From Cyanobacteria bacterium J06626_4 (GTDB taxonomy: Bacteria > Cyanobacteriota > Cyanobacteriia > Phormidesmidales > Phormidesmidaceae): a stretch of DNA of 44,686 bases. The notes under the pieces are model-generated. The model did no database searches. It had not been told where the DNA came from and was given only the letters and a program-made list of their open reading frames with translations. The stretch covers positions 1-44,686 of the forward strand of contig JBCBJQ010000042.1 of NCBI GenBank assembly GCA_038523235.1. The letters run 5' to 3'. Of this stretch, positions 22,101 through 29,427 are shown piece by piece (positions within the stretch are counted from its first letter, which is position 1; each line of letters opens with the position of its first letter). Position numbers and translations under genes: made by a program.

Positions 22101-22542
22101 GCTGCCGCCGGAAGAGACTGTTGTGGCCAAGGCCGAGCCGACCGTCCTGATTGTGGACGACTCTATTACCGTGCGCGAGCTGCTGTCGATGAGCTTTAAC
22201 AAAGTTGGCTACCGGGTCGAACAGGCCCGCGATGGTCAAGAAGCCTGGGAGAAAATGCGCTCAGGGCTACCCTGCGACCTCGTCTTCTGCGATATTGAAA
22301 TGCCTCGCATGGATGGCTTAGAGCTGCTGTCGCGGATGCAAAAAGACAGTGCGTTGAAACAGATCCCCATTGCCATGCTGACCTCACGAGGGGCCGATCG
22401 CCACCGGCAGATGGCCGTTGACCTCGGCGCGAGCGGTTACTTCACCAAGCCCTATTTAGAAGAAGCGCTGTTAGATGCCGCTCAGCGCATGCTCCATGGT
22501 GAGGTATTACTGGTCGGTGCCGAAGCTGAAGAGTCGCCGTAA
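16183..22542 (+). CDS. hmpE: Hybrid CheA-like histidine kinase/response regulator, HmpE/PilL-like
   Basis: Hpt (FRAAHSVKG), dimerisation (LDNLNNLVGELV), HATPase (HLVNNAITHG, DDGGG, GRGVGMDVV), CheW (IAGATVLGDG) and C-terminal REC (LIVDDS, CDIEMP, KPY) domains. Confidence 0.93.
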   Translation: MMPEQQQRILGYFIEEAKDHLNTIEQGLLNLQATIQDREMMNEVFRAAHSVKGGAAMLSLNSIQLTSHRLEDYFKILKEAPSTQVDRTLESMFLQLFDGLQALLEELQGPFGLTEDKAQEVMADVEPVFDRLEAHLNTLVDTTAAPAAPPAAPVAPAVPKVSALATEREDSALKLVFTSDVPSHLREMLTLFKQADSASSRAALQACCETLKRSGEQFDLTAWCALTATASQAVGNPEQTYRSLAPVVIKELKRAQEQVLSGQAEAIAVSAELTSLMPVIVEAAAPAEIDDLLEDISVATEDADFADLFGTDEVPATAAAADLDWLDLSDAEPAAAADLDSDDLSTSLEAFANPEPSAPEDAAAPREPFVGAAELNSLADLFEGEVAELDSPWEEISESEAAIADHPNPDIDVADDFSDLLDGALDEEASATQTDIADLFGDTPGFEATAETTPTDVDEVEDDLADLLNLEVAAASVEAVDSAESTLDDEADDGLDVFLDSFSEAADEAVTDETSVTDESPAVVTDAALSEDAFELLDTPESEPNIDLDLGAVEVLDETTPRSTAATDLDSIDSNEGSFGAISDPWSSDDLPADDPAEDALDALDELWTEGQSEESVDEMPSAAVSSDATDFDEFADLDLVEESDSATDSASASPVPETDTSSDFDDFADLGLDVEPTGTVDLAAPAPTTELDELGFDAAATDTDLGDLFGSASDPRDSDMSDIDAALSAIASDDETIDAELSDIFADTPTSDTATTEADLNLLLDETAASDLDVAAAASIEVEDDLGGLFDDEVAAADAEVADDSDLGELMGEAIAAESGLSLDFESAEAVSGDLTDLSLFDAGADSPSPVEPDDLADLALFNEGATAEGTSLDDAAAATPATDTDLDALDPIASNGDDLDALLNADDAATVDEVAMAFDGIVTDEGATDAAADLDLNLAAADDNDLGLDALNDPLDSRLSEPAAELDDFNSDLTGDLSLEGDDAAILSSDENSFFDAEPAASAASPAVTAGVIPEDDIDAFFATPTATSEPAAASDEFDDFLSSPKATDATSDSDFLAVESTVSDEPDVTTAALDEGLDDELDALAAISESTDGIGELDLLTADNAEAFDLTTDDEPAAVDSLFEIDELDAATAESDRSLAAADPLDVNGSMVLDDLEAGADSVDLFEVSSPDEADSAPLESSLSEADDLLSINDVIDESDHLETELTETADLGLDISTSSDVDDAEDLVGLDALLDDAPTDAANAELDLSASSDIEDAEDLLGLDALLDDAPTDAVGAVGEETSLDDLDALLEDAPAVSDAGEEANLDELDALLDDAPTANNTADFDGLDALLDDAPTAAETGTDEADFDSLDALLDDAPAGSQTAAGFDELDDLLGTDADNGLTDAGEGDVDFDELDALIGDDSPRKVTGESAANAAADDDFGDLEKLLEEADQALGGPSASIRSTSARRAPRRVGGIVDQTMRVSVKHLDNLNNLVGELVVNRNSLEQDQDRFRQFLDNLLFQVQQLNDVGQRMRDLYERSLLESSLLASRQAFQSGGLAPAPNKHGGNGDGHATGASFDALEMDRFTGFHTLTQEMIELIVRVRESSSDIAYTVESTDQIARQFRQVTTQLQEGLNKARMVPFAQTADRLPRAVRDISIKCGKEARLVVEGRDTLIDKMLLERLYDPMTHLVNNAITHGIESPEERAAVGKPREGKITVRAFYQGNQTVIYIEDDGGGINPDVVKSKAIQRGIITQADADRMDTLETYELLFRHGFSTRDRADDFAGRGVGMDVVRTALAEIRGSITIDSEMGKGTSFTIRLPLTLSISKALSCLNNQARIAFPMDGVEDMFDVPRERVQTDDEGQNAIQWRDMLLSFQPLSELLHFNRALGRGRVYGGNQDDNMVSIVVLRNASTYIGIEVDRVLGEQEIVIKQIEGPVPKPMGIAGATVLGDGRVMPIGDVLELIDIAQGRVRREAGSSIWSQIELPPEETVVAKAEPTVLIVDDSITVRELLSMSFNKVGYRVEQARDGQEAWEKMRSGLPCDLVFCDIEMPRMDGLELLSRMQKDSALKQIPIAMLTSRGADRHRQMAVDLGASGYFTKPYLEEALLDAAQRMLHGEVLLVGAEAEESP
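19822..20480 (+). repeat. Degenerate coding tandem repeats (LDALLDDAP) within hmpE
   Basis: L-D-A-L-L-[DE]-D-A-P begins at 19882, 19981, 20053, 20119, 20176 and 20245; weaker LDDLL and LDALI at about 20305 and 20380. The first two units form a 99-bp (33-aa) duplication. Confidence 0.85.
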
Positions 22543-22818
22543 ACGATTGCCCAATCAATAGCTTGATGCGGCCAACTGGAGTGTTCCGGCTGGAATGTTC
22601 TGGGCAGCCGGTAATCGCTGCTGGGTGGTGTCATGGGTAGTGCCCCGCGCCTGCACATTGCGAGTCCACATGACAGCTCTAGGTCTCGGAGTTGAGCCTA
22701 CCTGCGAGCTTTATTCACCTGGTGGTGCTGTCTTGAACCGGTAGCTGATTTCGTGGGGGGACTATCCAGGTGTCCCCAGTTTTGAGTATCCTCCTAAGTG
22801 GCTCATATCAGAACTATC

Positions 22819-23595
22819 ATGCTGGATCTCACCGGAAAACGCGCCCTCGTCACGGGCATTGCCAACAATCGCTCTATTGCTTGGGGCATTGCGCAACAGC
22901 TGCATGCAGCCGGAGCTGATCTCGGCGTGACTTACCTGCCCGATGCCAAGGGCAAGATGGAAAAGAAGGTCAAAGACCTGGTTGAGCCGTTAAATCCCTC
23001 ACTTTTTTTACCTTGCAATGTACAAGATGAAGTGCAAGTCACCGAGACCTTTGATGCGGTGAAAGCGCAGTGGGGACAGCTAGACATCTTGGTGCATTGC
23101 TTGGCCTTCGCCAATCGGGATGACCTGATGGGTGACTTTAGTGAGACGTCGAAAGCCGGTTTTCAGCTGGCGTTAGATATCAGTGCCTATTCGCTCGTGA
23201 GCCTATCCAGAGCTGCTAAACCCCTCATGACCGATGGCGGCAGCATCGTCACCCTGACGTATTTGGGCGGCGTAAAAGTGATCCCTAACTACAACGTGAT
23301 GGGCATCGCTAAAGCCGCCTTAGAAATGAATGTCCGCTACCTAGCGGCGGATTTGGGCAGCAGTAACATTCGTGTCAACGGTATTTCAGCCGGGCCGATT
23401 CGCACACTGGCATCCTCTGCCGTCGGGGGCATTTTAGACATGATTCACCATGTCGAAGATATTGCGCCGCTGCACCGCACCGTCACGCAAGAAGAAGTGG
23501 GTAAAGCAGCAGCATTTTTATGCAGCGATTTATCTAGCGGTGTCACCGGGCAGATTCTCTACGTTGACTCGGGCTACAACATCATGGGCATGTAG
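22819..23595 (+). CDS. fabI: Enoyl-ACP reductase
   Basis: [29 protein letters not shown] (YxxxxxxK) and [11 protein letters not shown] motifs. Confidence 0.96.
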   Translation: MLDLTGKRALVTGIANNRSIAWGIAQQLHAAGADLGVTYLPDAKGKMEKKVKDLVEPLNPSLFLPCNVQDEVQVTETFDAVKAQWGQLDILVHCLAFANRDDLMGDFSETSKAGFQLALDISAYSLVSLSRAAKPLMTDGGSIVTLTYLGGVKVIPNYNVMGIAKAALEMNVRYLAADLGSSNIRVNGISAGPIRTLASSAVGGILDMIHHVEDIAPLHRTVTQEEVGKAAAFLCSDLSSGVTGQILYVDSGYNIMGM

Positions 23596-23823
23596 GCCAA
23601 TGATGCAAGCGACGTTGGCTGCTACCTGGTGAGCAACATCATTCCCATCCCCACCCAGCATCCCGTCATTCGCCACCAGCTATATTTGCTATCGGCGGCG
23701 GCGAGCCTGTGAATTTTGCCTCAGCTCGATAAACTAAAGTTTTCGTGTGAGCACTTGGCCTTGAACGAATCCGCTCCCATGCCGTGGATGCGTGATTAGT
23801 GAGGTGCTAAGCCAGTGGGCCTT

Positions 23824-26103
23824 ATGGAAGTTTTGTTCTCCCTGGTGGCAGGGTTAATGATCGCGGCTGTCCTGCAGCTATTGCTGACCAACCTTGGCAT
23901 CGCCCTCGGATTGACGGTGCTGGATTGGTCACCGATCGCAATCAACGAATCAGCCCCGGACGCTCTGCCTTCGACTTCAGATAGGTCGGATGACGAGGAT
24001 ACATCGCCGTCATCCGAGATAGCTTTGCCCTTTACCCATTTGATCGGGTTTGGTGTTGCTGCTAGTCTTTCGCTGGTCATGTTTGTTGCGGCGCTACTCG
24101 CCACGGAGTTTAGCCAAATTGCTGAGCCTCGGCGGGGTGGCATTTTGGGGCTAATTTTGTGGTCGGCCTATTGGTTACTGTTTCTCTGGCTCAGTTCGAC
24201 GACGCTTTCGGCCATTGCCGATTCGATTGTCGGTACGGCGATCGCAGGGGGACGACGACTCATCAAGACAATTCGACGTAGCCTGCAGTCACCATCTCCT
24301 GCACCGGTTGAAACGGCCTCACCTCAGTTAGAAGCATTGGTGGCTGAAGTCAAGCAAATTGCCGCCCTTAAACAGCAGTTACCGCAGCTCTTGATCAAGC
24401 AGCGAGAACTCCTCATTCAAGAGCTGAGCGATCGCACCGAGTTGTCCGCAGAGGAGGCGACCGCTGTGGTCGAAGAGCTGGAGCCCACCCTCACCCCGAC
24501 CCCATCCATGACCGCTGAAATGATGACATCCTCAATGGCGTCGGGGCTATGGTCGCAGTTAGAGCTGCCCAGTTGGCAGCAGATGTTGCAGCGCCTGCTA
24601 GAGCAAGTTGATTTATCTAACCTGGATGCTGACACCATTTGGCGTCAGGTGCAATCCTTGCGGGAGCAGCCAGACACCGCTGCCACCGACCATTCGCCAG
24701 AGTTTGCTGACGCCATTCTGCAGGATGCTCGCGATTATATTCGCCATGCCCCTGACTGGTCATTGCGTCCCGAGGTCCTCAAAGACGAGTTTTATGAACG
24801 GCTGTATGACCCCAAAGCTGCGGCTGCTTCTATCCATCAGCAGTTGAGCCAACTCAGCCACCATCACTATGTGGAGTGGCTGCAAGAACGAGGGGATCTC
24901 GCTGCTGATCGCGTAGCCACCCTCACTCACCAGTTAAGCGAAGTGCAACAGACAGTGCTCGCCCAAGTCAACGAACAGTTAGAGGAGCCTGACTGGGAGC
25001 CCGCCTTGGCGACAGTGCAAGCCAAGCTCATGGCCTACTGTCGCTATACCAATCTAGATTCCCTCACCCCCGACCATCTGTCTGCCAAAATTCAGACCCT
25101 ACGCGAAGCGCAAGACCTACCTAAACCCACTGCGGCCATGGCCGCTCACCTAGATTTAGCCGCCATCACGGCCGTCTTATCACGACGACAGGGCATCACC
25201 CCTGAGCAAGTGCAAGCCCTCAATCAAACTCTGCAGGCAGCGTGGGCGGTGGATGATGCCGCCCGCGATCGCGCTCTGATGGCGCGAGTGACGCAGATCT
25301 TCGAGCAGACGTTGCAAACGGTGGATTGGTCAACGGTTTCGCTAGAAGACCTGAAGCCGGACTTGCTCACGCAGTTGCGAGCGCTAGAGCTGCAGGGAGA
25401 GATTGACTGGAATGCTATTGGGGCACGCCTGCAGCTGCCTGCCGACACTAAAGCCTCATTGACTAGCTGGCTGCAGGAAGTCGGTCAAGACCTCAGCCGT
25501 GCCCCTCGCCGCTGGATCGTGCGAGCCGGAGAATCTTCTCAAACCATTGCGCAACAGCTCGCGCGAGAAATTGGCCACTATCTTCAGTTCCAAGATAAAG
25601 CAGCTCTGCAACCGGCTCAGATGGCGAAAGATTTGACCCATATTTTTAAGGGGGCGATGCGGCTATTGCCCAGCCCCCATCTCTGGCCTGACCTGTCTGA
25701 TCTCAATCAAGTCCTCAATGTGACTGCCCTCCGGCAAACGCTCGAAAATCGTCGAGACATGACCGTAGAAGATATTCAACAAGTGTTGGACTGGTTTGAG
25801 TCGGGCTGGCAGCAGACCACTCAACAACTAGGCGACTGGTCACAAGCATTGTGGACGGCAGCAGGCGATCGCCTCCACACCGATGCGGAAACCTTAGACG
25901 CGGCTCGCCAACAGGTCGTCGAACAAATCGCGGCCACCCAGCAAGCGCTGGAAGCTCAAGCGGCGGCTGTGAAAGCGGATCTCCAACGTCAGGCGGATGC
26001 TGCTCGGCGACAGGTCGCGATTGCCGCGTGGTGGTTGTTTTTTAGCCTTGTCTCTTCTGGTAGCGCCGCGATCGCGGCCGGCTGGCTAGCGGTCAAGTAT
26101 TGA
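23824..26103 (+). CDS. Hypothetical membrane-anchored helical protein
   Basis: Three N-terminal hydrophobic segments (QLLLTNLG motif), a long Q/L/A-rich helical middle and a C-terminal TM (AAWWLF...AIAAGWLA). ORF open from GTG 23815. Confidence 0.75.
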   Translation: MEVLFSLVAGLMIAAVLQLLLTNLGIALGLTVLDWSPIAINESAPDALPSTSDRSDDEDTSPSSEIALPFTHLIGFGVAASLSLVMFVAALLATEFSQIAEPRRGGILGLILWSAYWLLFLWLSSTTLSAIADSIVGTAIAGGRRLIKTIRRSLQSPSPAPVETASPQLEALVAEVKQIAALKQQLPQLLIKQRELLIQELSDRTELSAEEATAVVEELEPTLTPTPSMTAEMMTSSMASGLWSQLELPSWQQMLQRLLEQVDLSNLDADTIWRQVQSLREQPDTAATDHSPEFADAILQDARDYIRHAPDWSLRPEVLKDEFYERLYDPKAAAASIHQQLSQLSHHHYVEWLQERGDLAADRVATLTHQLSEVQQTVLAQVNEQLEEPDWEPALATVQAKLMAYCRYTNLDSLTPDHLSAKIQTLREAQDLPKPTAAMAAHLDLAAITAVLSRRQGITPEQVQALNQTLQAAWAVDDAARDRALMARVTQIFEQTLQTVDWSTVSLEDLKPDLLTQLRALELQGEIDWNAIGARLQLPADTKASLTSWLQEVGQDLSRAPRRWIVRAGESSQTIAQQLAREIGHYLQFQDKAALQPAQMAKDLTHIFKGAMRLLPSPHLWPDLSDLNQVLNVTALRQTLENRRDMTVEDIQQVLDWFESGWQQTTQQLGDWSQALWTAAGDRLHTDAETLDAARQQVVEQIAATQQALEAQAAAVKADLQRQADAARRQVAIAAWWLFFSLVSSGSAAIAAGWLAVKY

Positions 26104-26363
26104 GCTTATTTGATAGGGGGCGATCGTAGAGCTAAGCAGACATTGGTGAGCTTGATGGGATGCCTGCAGCAACCATCGACGAGAGCTGAAATCTTCTCAT
26201 TCAGAAGCATTAGAGCTTTTGTGTTGCTAGCAACACAGTGACTTCTAGCAAGCACTTTGTCAGAAATGAATGCCACCAACATAGAACGCCAGCAGTTAAT
26301 CGTCGATCAGCCCCGGTTGTGTGGGCTCTATAAGTACGTCGCAACATCCGATCAGACCGCCAC

Positions 26364-27275
26364 ATGATGCACCCTAATCCACTTTGGCAGATGTCTAATA
26401 AGTTAGTGAGAAAGGGCACAAGACTTGTCCAGCATTCCACCGAGGATATGACTCGCCTTCTGAGTCAAAGTTTCACTACGACACCCGTCACGAATAAAAA
26501 AGAGCTGCGAATCATTGGCTTGCGCAGAACTGGCAACCATACCGTTGCCGAATGGATTAAAGCTCAGCAACCGGGCAAAGTAGAACATCTCAACAATCTG
26601 CAAGTCCGGTGTAATCCCTATCGATATAAATATGAGAAGCTTATTGATTTCTATCCAGAGCATACGAAATGGGCTCATAAACATTATTTGCCTTTAGCCA
26701 AAGGCGATTTTGTTGATCTAGATTGCCTGATCTGTGGCTATGAGGATCATGCACTGCCTAGTATTTGTGATCCAATTTTTGAAAATTTTCACGACATATA
26801 TCTTGGGAAAAGTGATCAGAGATTTGAAGTTTTAATTTTAAGAGATCCATTTAACCTATTTGCCAGCCGCTTGAAAAGCAACATGTTAGATGTGAAATCT
26901 ACCCGATTCACCGCTGTAGATTTATGGATTCAATATGCCAAAGAGTTCCTCGACGAAACGCAGTATCTCAAGCAGAACAAAGTTTGCATCAACTACAACC
27001 TGTGGGTTGATGATGTTGACTATCGCCGAAATATTGCAAAAACTCTGGGACTAGAGTTCACAGACTCCGGCATCAACCGAGTAGCTAGCCTTGGCGGGGG
27101 CAGTTCATTTGAAGGGCAACAGATGGACGGCAAAGGTAGCAAGATGCAGGTTTTAGACCGATGGAAACATTTTATTGATGACGATCGTTATCGAGGAATT
27201 TTCCAAAATAAAGCTCTGCTTGACTATTCCCAAAGGATTTTTGGAGACATTCCAGGGACGGATGTTCTTCTGTAA
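26364..27275 (+). CDS. Sulfotransferase-like (P-loop) hypothetical protein
   Basis: IIGLRRTGNH resembles the 5'-PSB loop and LILRDPFNLFAS the 3'-PB motif (RDP...S). Visibly AT-richer than flanking genes. Start uncertain. Confidence 0.6.
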   Translation: MMHPNPLWQMSNKLVRKGTRLVQHSTEDMTRLLSQSFTTTPVTNKKELRIIGLRRTGNHTVAEWIKAQQPGKVEHLNNLQVRCNPYRYKYEKLIDFYPEHTKWAHKHYLPLAKGDFVDLDCLICGYEDHALPSICDPIFENFHDIYLGKSDQRFEVLILRDPFNLFASRLKSNMLDVKSTRFTAVDLWIQYAKEFLDETQYLKQNKVCINYNLWVDDVDYRRNIAKTLGLEFTDSGINRVASLGGGSSFEGQQMDGKGSKMQVLDRWKHFIDDDRYRGIFQNKALLDYSQRIFGDIPGTDVLL

Positions 27276-27306
27276 GCTAACGCTCCCAGGTAAACATCCC
27301 CAAAGA

Positions 27307-27534
27307 TATAGCTGTAGACAACTTGATTAGGACGCGGCTTACCGCCGTGTCGCTTCCATCGCTGCATGCAAATTGACTGCTTCTGAGAGCCGTTGACGAA
27401 TTCAACTTTTCAACCACTCTCAGCATTTCTCGATGCGATTGAGGTCGGGTGAGTCGGGTGGTAGATACAGCGGGTGGCATTCTGCGGCATTGCTCAACTC
27501 GGCAATCGTGAAACGTGGCATTGTCGAGAATCAT
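27307..27534 (-). pseudogene. IS630-family transposase 3' relic
   Basis: ILDNATFH, then after a frameshift LYLPPDSPDLNRIEKC*EWLKS*IRQRL with in-frame stops; ends ...CTACAGCTATA like an IS630 right end with TA. Confidence 0.8.
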
Positions 27535-27543
27535 CTAATTCCC

Positions 27544-28280
27544 CTTAACGGGTGACAACTTAGCTAGAAAGCTTGCTGCATGAGGGACAGAGCTTGGAGA
27601 CCACGTCGAAAAAAGCGCCGTTTGTGAGGCCTGAGAGCCATCAACTGACTGGCCCAATGATGCCAAAGCGCCATGGCATAAATCCAGCGCTGGCCATAGA
27701 GACCTAAACCGAAATCGCTCTGTCGCAACGTTTTATCCTGGTGTTCTTGAAGACGTCCAGCATAGTGGTCTATCCGCAATTGCCGCAGCCGTTGTCCGTG
27801 GAACGTTGCCAGCATGTAGGCCAGAGCAATGAGCAACACTAAGGCGAGAAACCGCTGGTCATTCACCTGAGTCGCCTCCAGGTTGTAGCCGCCCGTTTTG
27901 CAGTCTTTGAAGAGTTGCTCGATGCCCCAGCGACAGCGATAAATCGCCATGACTCGCTTGACCTGCGAGAGATTCGTCAGGATATACCAAGGGGCTTTAG
28001 GGCCGTGGCCACGATAGGAGCGTTTTCAATAGATGGCAAGATTGAACGGGCCGAGACCATCGCCTTTGTTGCAAGCCACAGCGGGATAAAACTGTTTCAT
28101 GCCGGAGCGAATGTCGAGGTCTTTCACGACCTGGTACTCGCTCTCGCCAGCGGCTCGAAAGTGCAGGTCTCTCTTCTGTCTCAGGACAAAGGCTAAGCCT
28201 CTAGAATCGAGCCACTCAGCTCGCTTAGGACTGTGGAACTCGCGATCACCAAGCACCAAGACGGGATAGTTTTTGAACAG
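27544..28280 (-). pseudogene. IS4-family transposase relic (3' part)
   Basis: LFKNYPVLVLGDREFHS...NLAIY*KRSY...WYILTNL...YRCRWGIEQLFKDCKTGGYNLE. The two ORF pieces (28026-28259 and 27564-27950) are in one frame, split by a TGA at 28026-28028. The 5' part is cut off at the IS5 terminus. Confidence 0.82.
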
Positions 28281-29237
28281 TAGACCTCTTGCAGATTAAA
28301 TCGAATTGTCTGAATCAAGCAGCCTGGGCATATTCCAGGTTATAGAAGGCAGCAATCAGATTGCAGCGCAAGCCAAAGCGACGGCGGCGATTGCGATATC
28401 GCTCGGCCAGGATACGAAACGTCTTCAACCGAGCATTGACATGTTCAATGCCAATCCGCTCCTGAGCCAGGGCACGGTTGTAGGCCTTGTCTTCTCGACT
28501 CAACTGCCCCCCTTTCGGTTTCTTTTTCGGCAAGGCACTGTTGCCATGCCGGTGTTGAATCCCTTGATAACCCTTGTCTTGTAAACTTCGGGTGGCGGGA
28601 TGAAAGTGCATGCCAGAGCGCTGAAACAGCCTGAAATCATGCTGACGACCTTTGCCAAAGAAGGTGCAGAGAATGCGGCCGCTGTCTCGCTCCATCACCA
28701 GTTGGCATTTCAGGGTGTGCCGTTTCTTTTTGCCGGAGTAAAAGCGCCGTTGTCGCCGCTTGGGGCGCTCAATCGGGGTTTCCGTAACATCCATCACCAC
28801 CACTTCGGGGCGACCCAACCCTTGCCACAAGCTCTTTTTGCCCGGTAAGTGAAACTGTGGAGATCGCATCAGGGCGTCTTCAACCCAATGGATAATGCGA
28901 CAGACCGTCGACTCACTCACGCCCCAACTACTGCCGAGGTGAAAGTAGGTGCGGTACTCACGCCAATACTCCAAGGTCAGCAACACTCGATCGGCGAGTC
29001 TCAACTTGGGTTTGGCACCGGGTTGGGGATGGGGTCTCCATCGTGGGGTCAAGGTCTCAATGATTTGCTTGAAGGTCTTGTGTGCTACGCCGAAACGACG
29101 CTTAAACTTCCGATTAGAGAGGGTTTGCGCTATCTTGTAGTCCATCATCAGGAGGTTTTAATTTTACTAATTCCTGATGTTTCCTGCTTTTGGGGTCAGT
29201 CGGCAAGACGTGCCCACGCTAATTTGCAAGAGGTCTA
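28281..29237 (-). mobile_element. Intact IS5-family (ISL2/IS702-like group) insertion sequence, 957 bp
   Basis: Terminal inverted repeats TAGACCTCTTGCAGATTA (28281-28298) and TAATTTGCAAGAGGTCTA (29220-29237), 17/18 match; encloses one transposase ORF. Confidence 0.9.
28315..29148 (-). CDS. IS5-family DDE transposase
   Basis: HTH region YWREYRTYFHLGSSWGVSES; catalytic segments VMDVTE, DKGYQG and RIGIEHVN; YSGKKKRHTLK; uninterrupted 277 aa. Confidence 0.92.
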   Translation of the reverse strand: MMDYKIAQTLSNRKFKRRFGVAHKTFKQIIETLTPRWRPHPQPGAKPKLRLADRVLLTLEYWREYRTYFHLGSSWGVSESTVCRIIHWVEDALMRSPQFHLPGKKSLWQGLGRPEVVVMDVTETPIERPKRRQRRFYSGKKKRHTLKCQLVMERDSGRILCTFFGKGRQHDFRLFQRSGMHFHPATRSLQDKGYQGIQHRHGNSALPKKKPKGGQLSREDKAYNRALAQERIGIEHVNARLKTFRILAERYRNRRRRFGLRCNLIAAFYNLEYAQAA

Positions 29238-29427
29238 ACCCTATCTCACTTTTCAGCTGTGTCGTGCCACTACAGCAATGTTTATTGATGGCTACTTACT
29301 TATAGGGCGACCAGGTCACCGGGCAAAAACTTGCACCGGGCTGGCAAAATCCGATGCGTGGCAAGGTCATCTTAGAGCCCTAAGCTTCCCTAAACCGCAG
29401 GCGACGGGGCCTGATGCCTCTGCCGAA

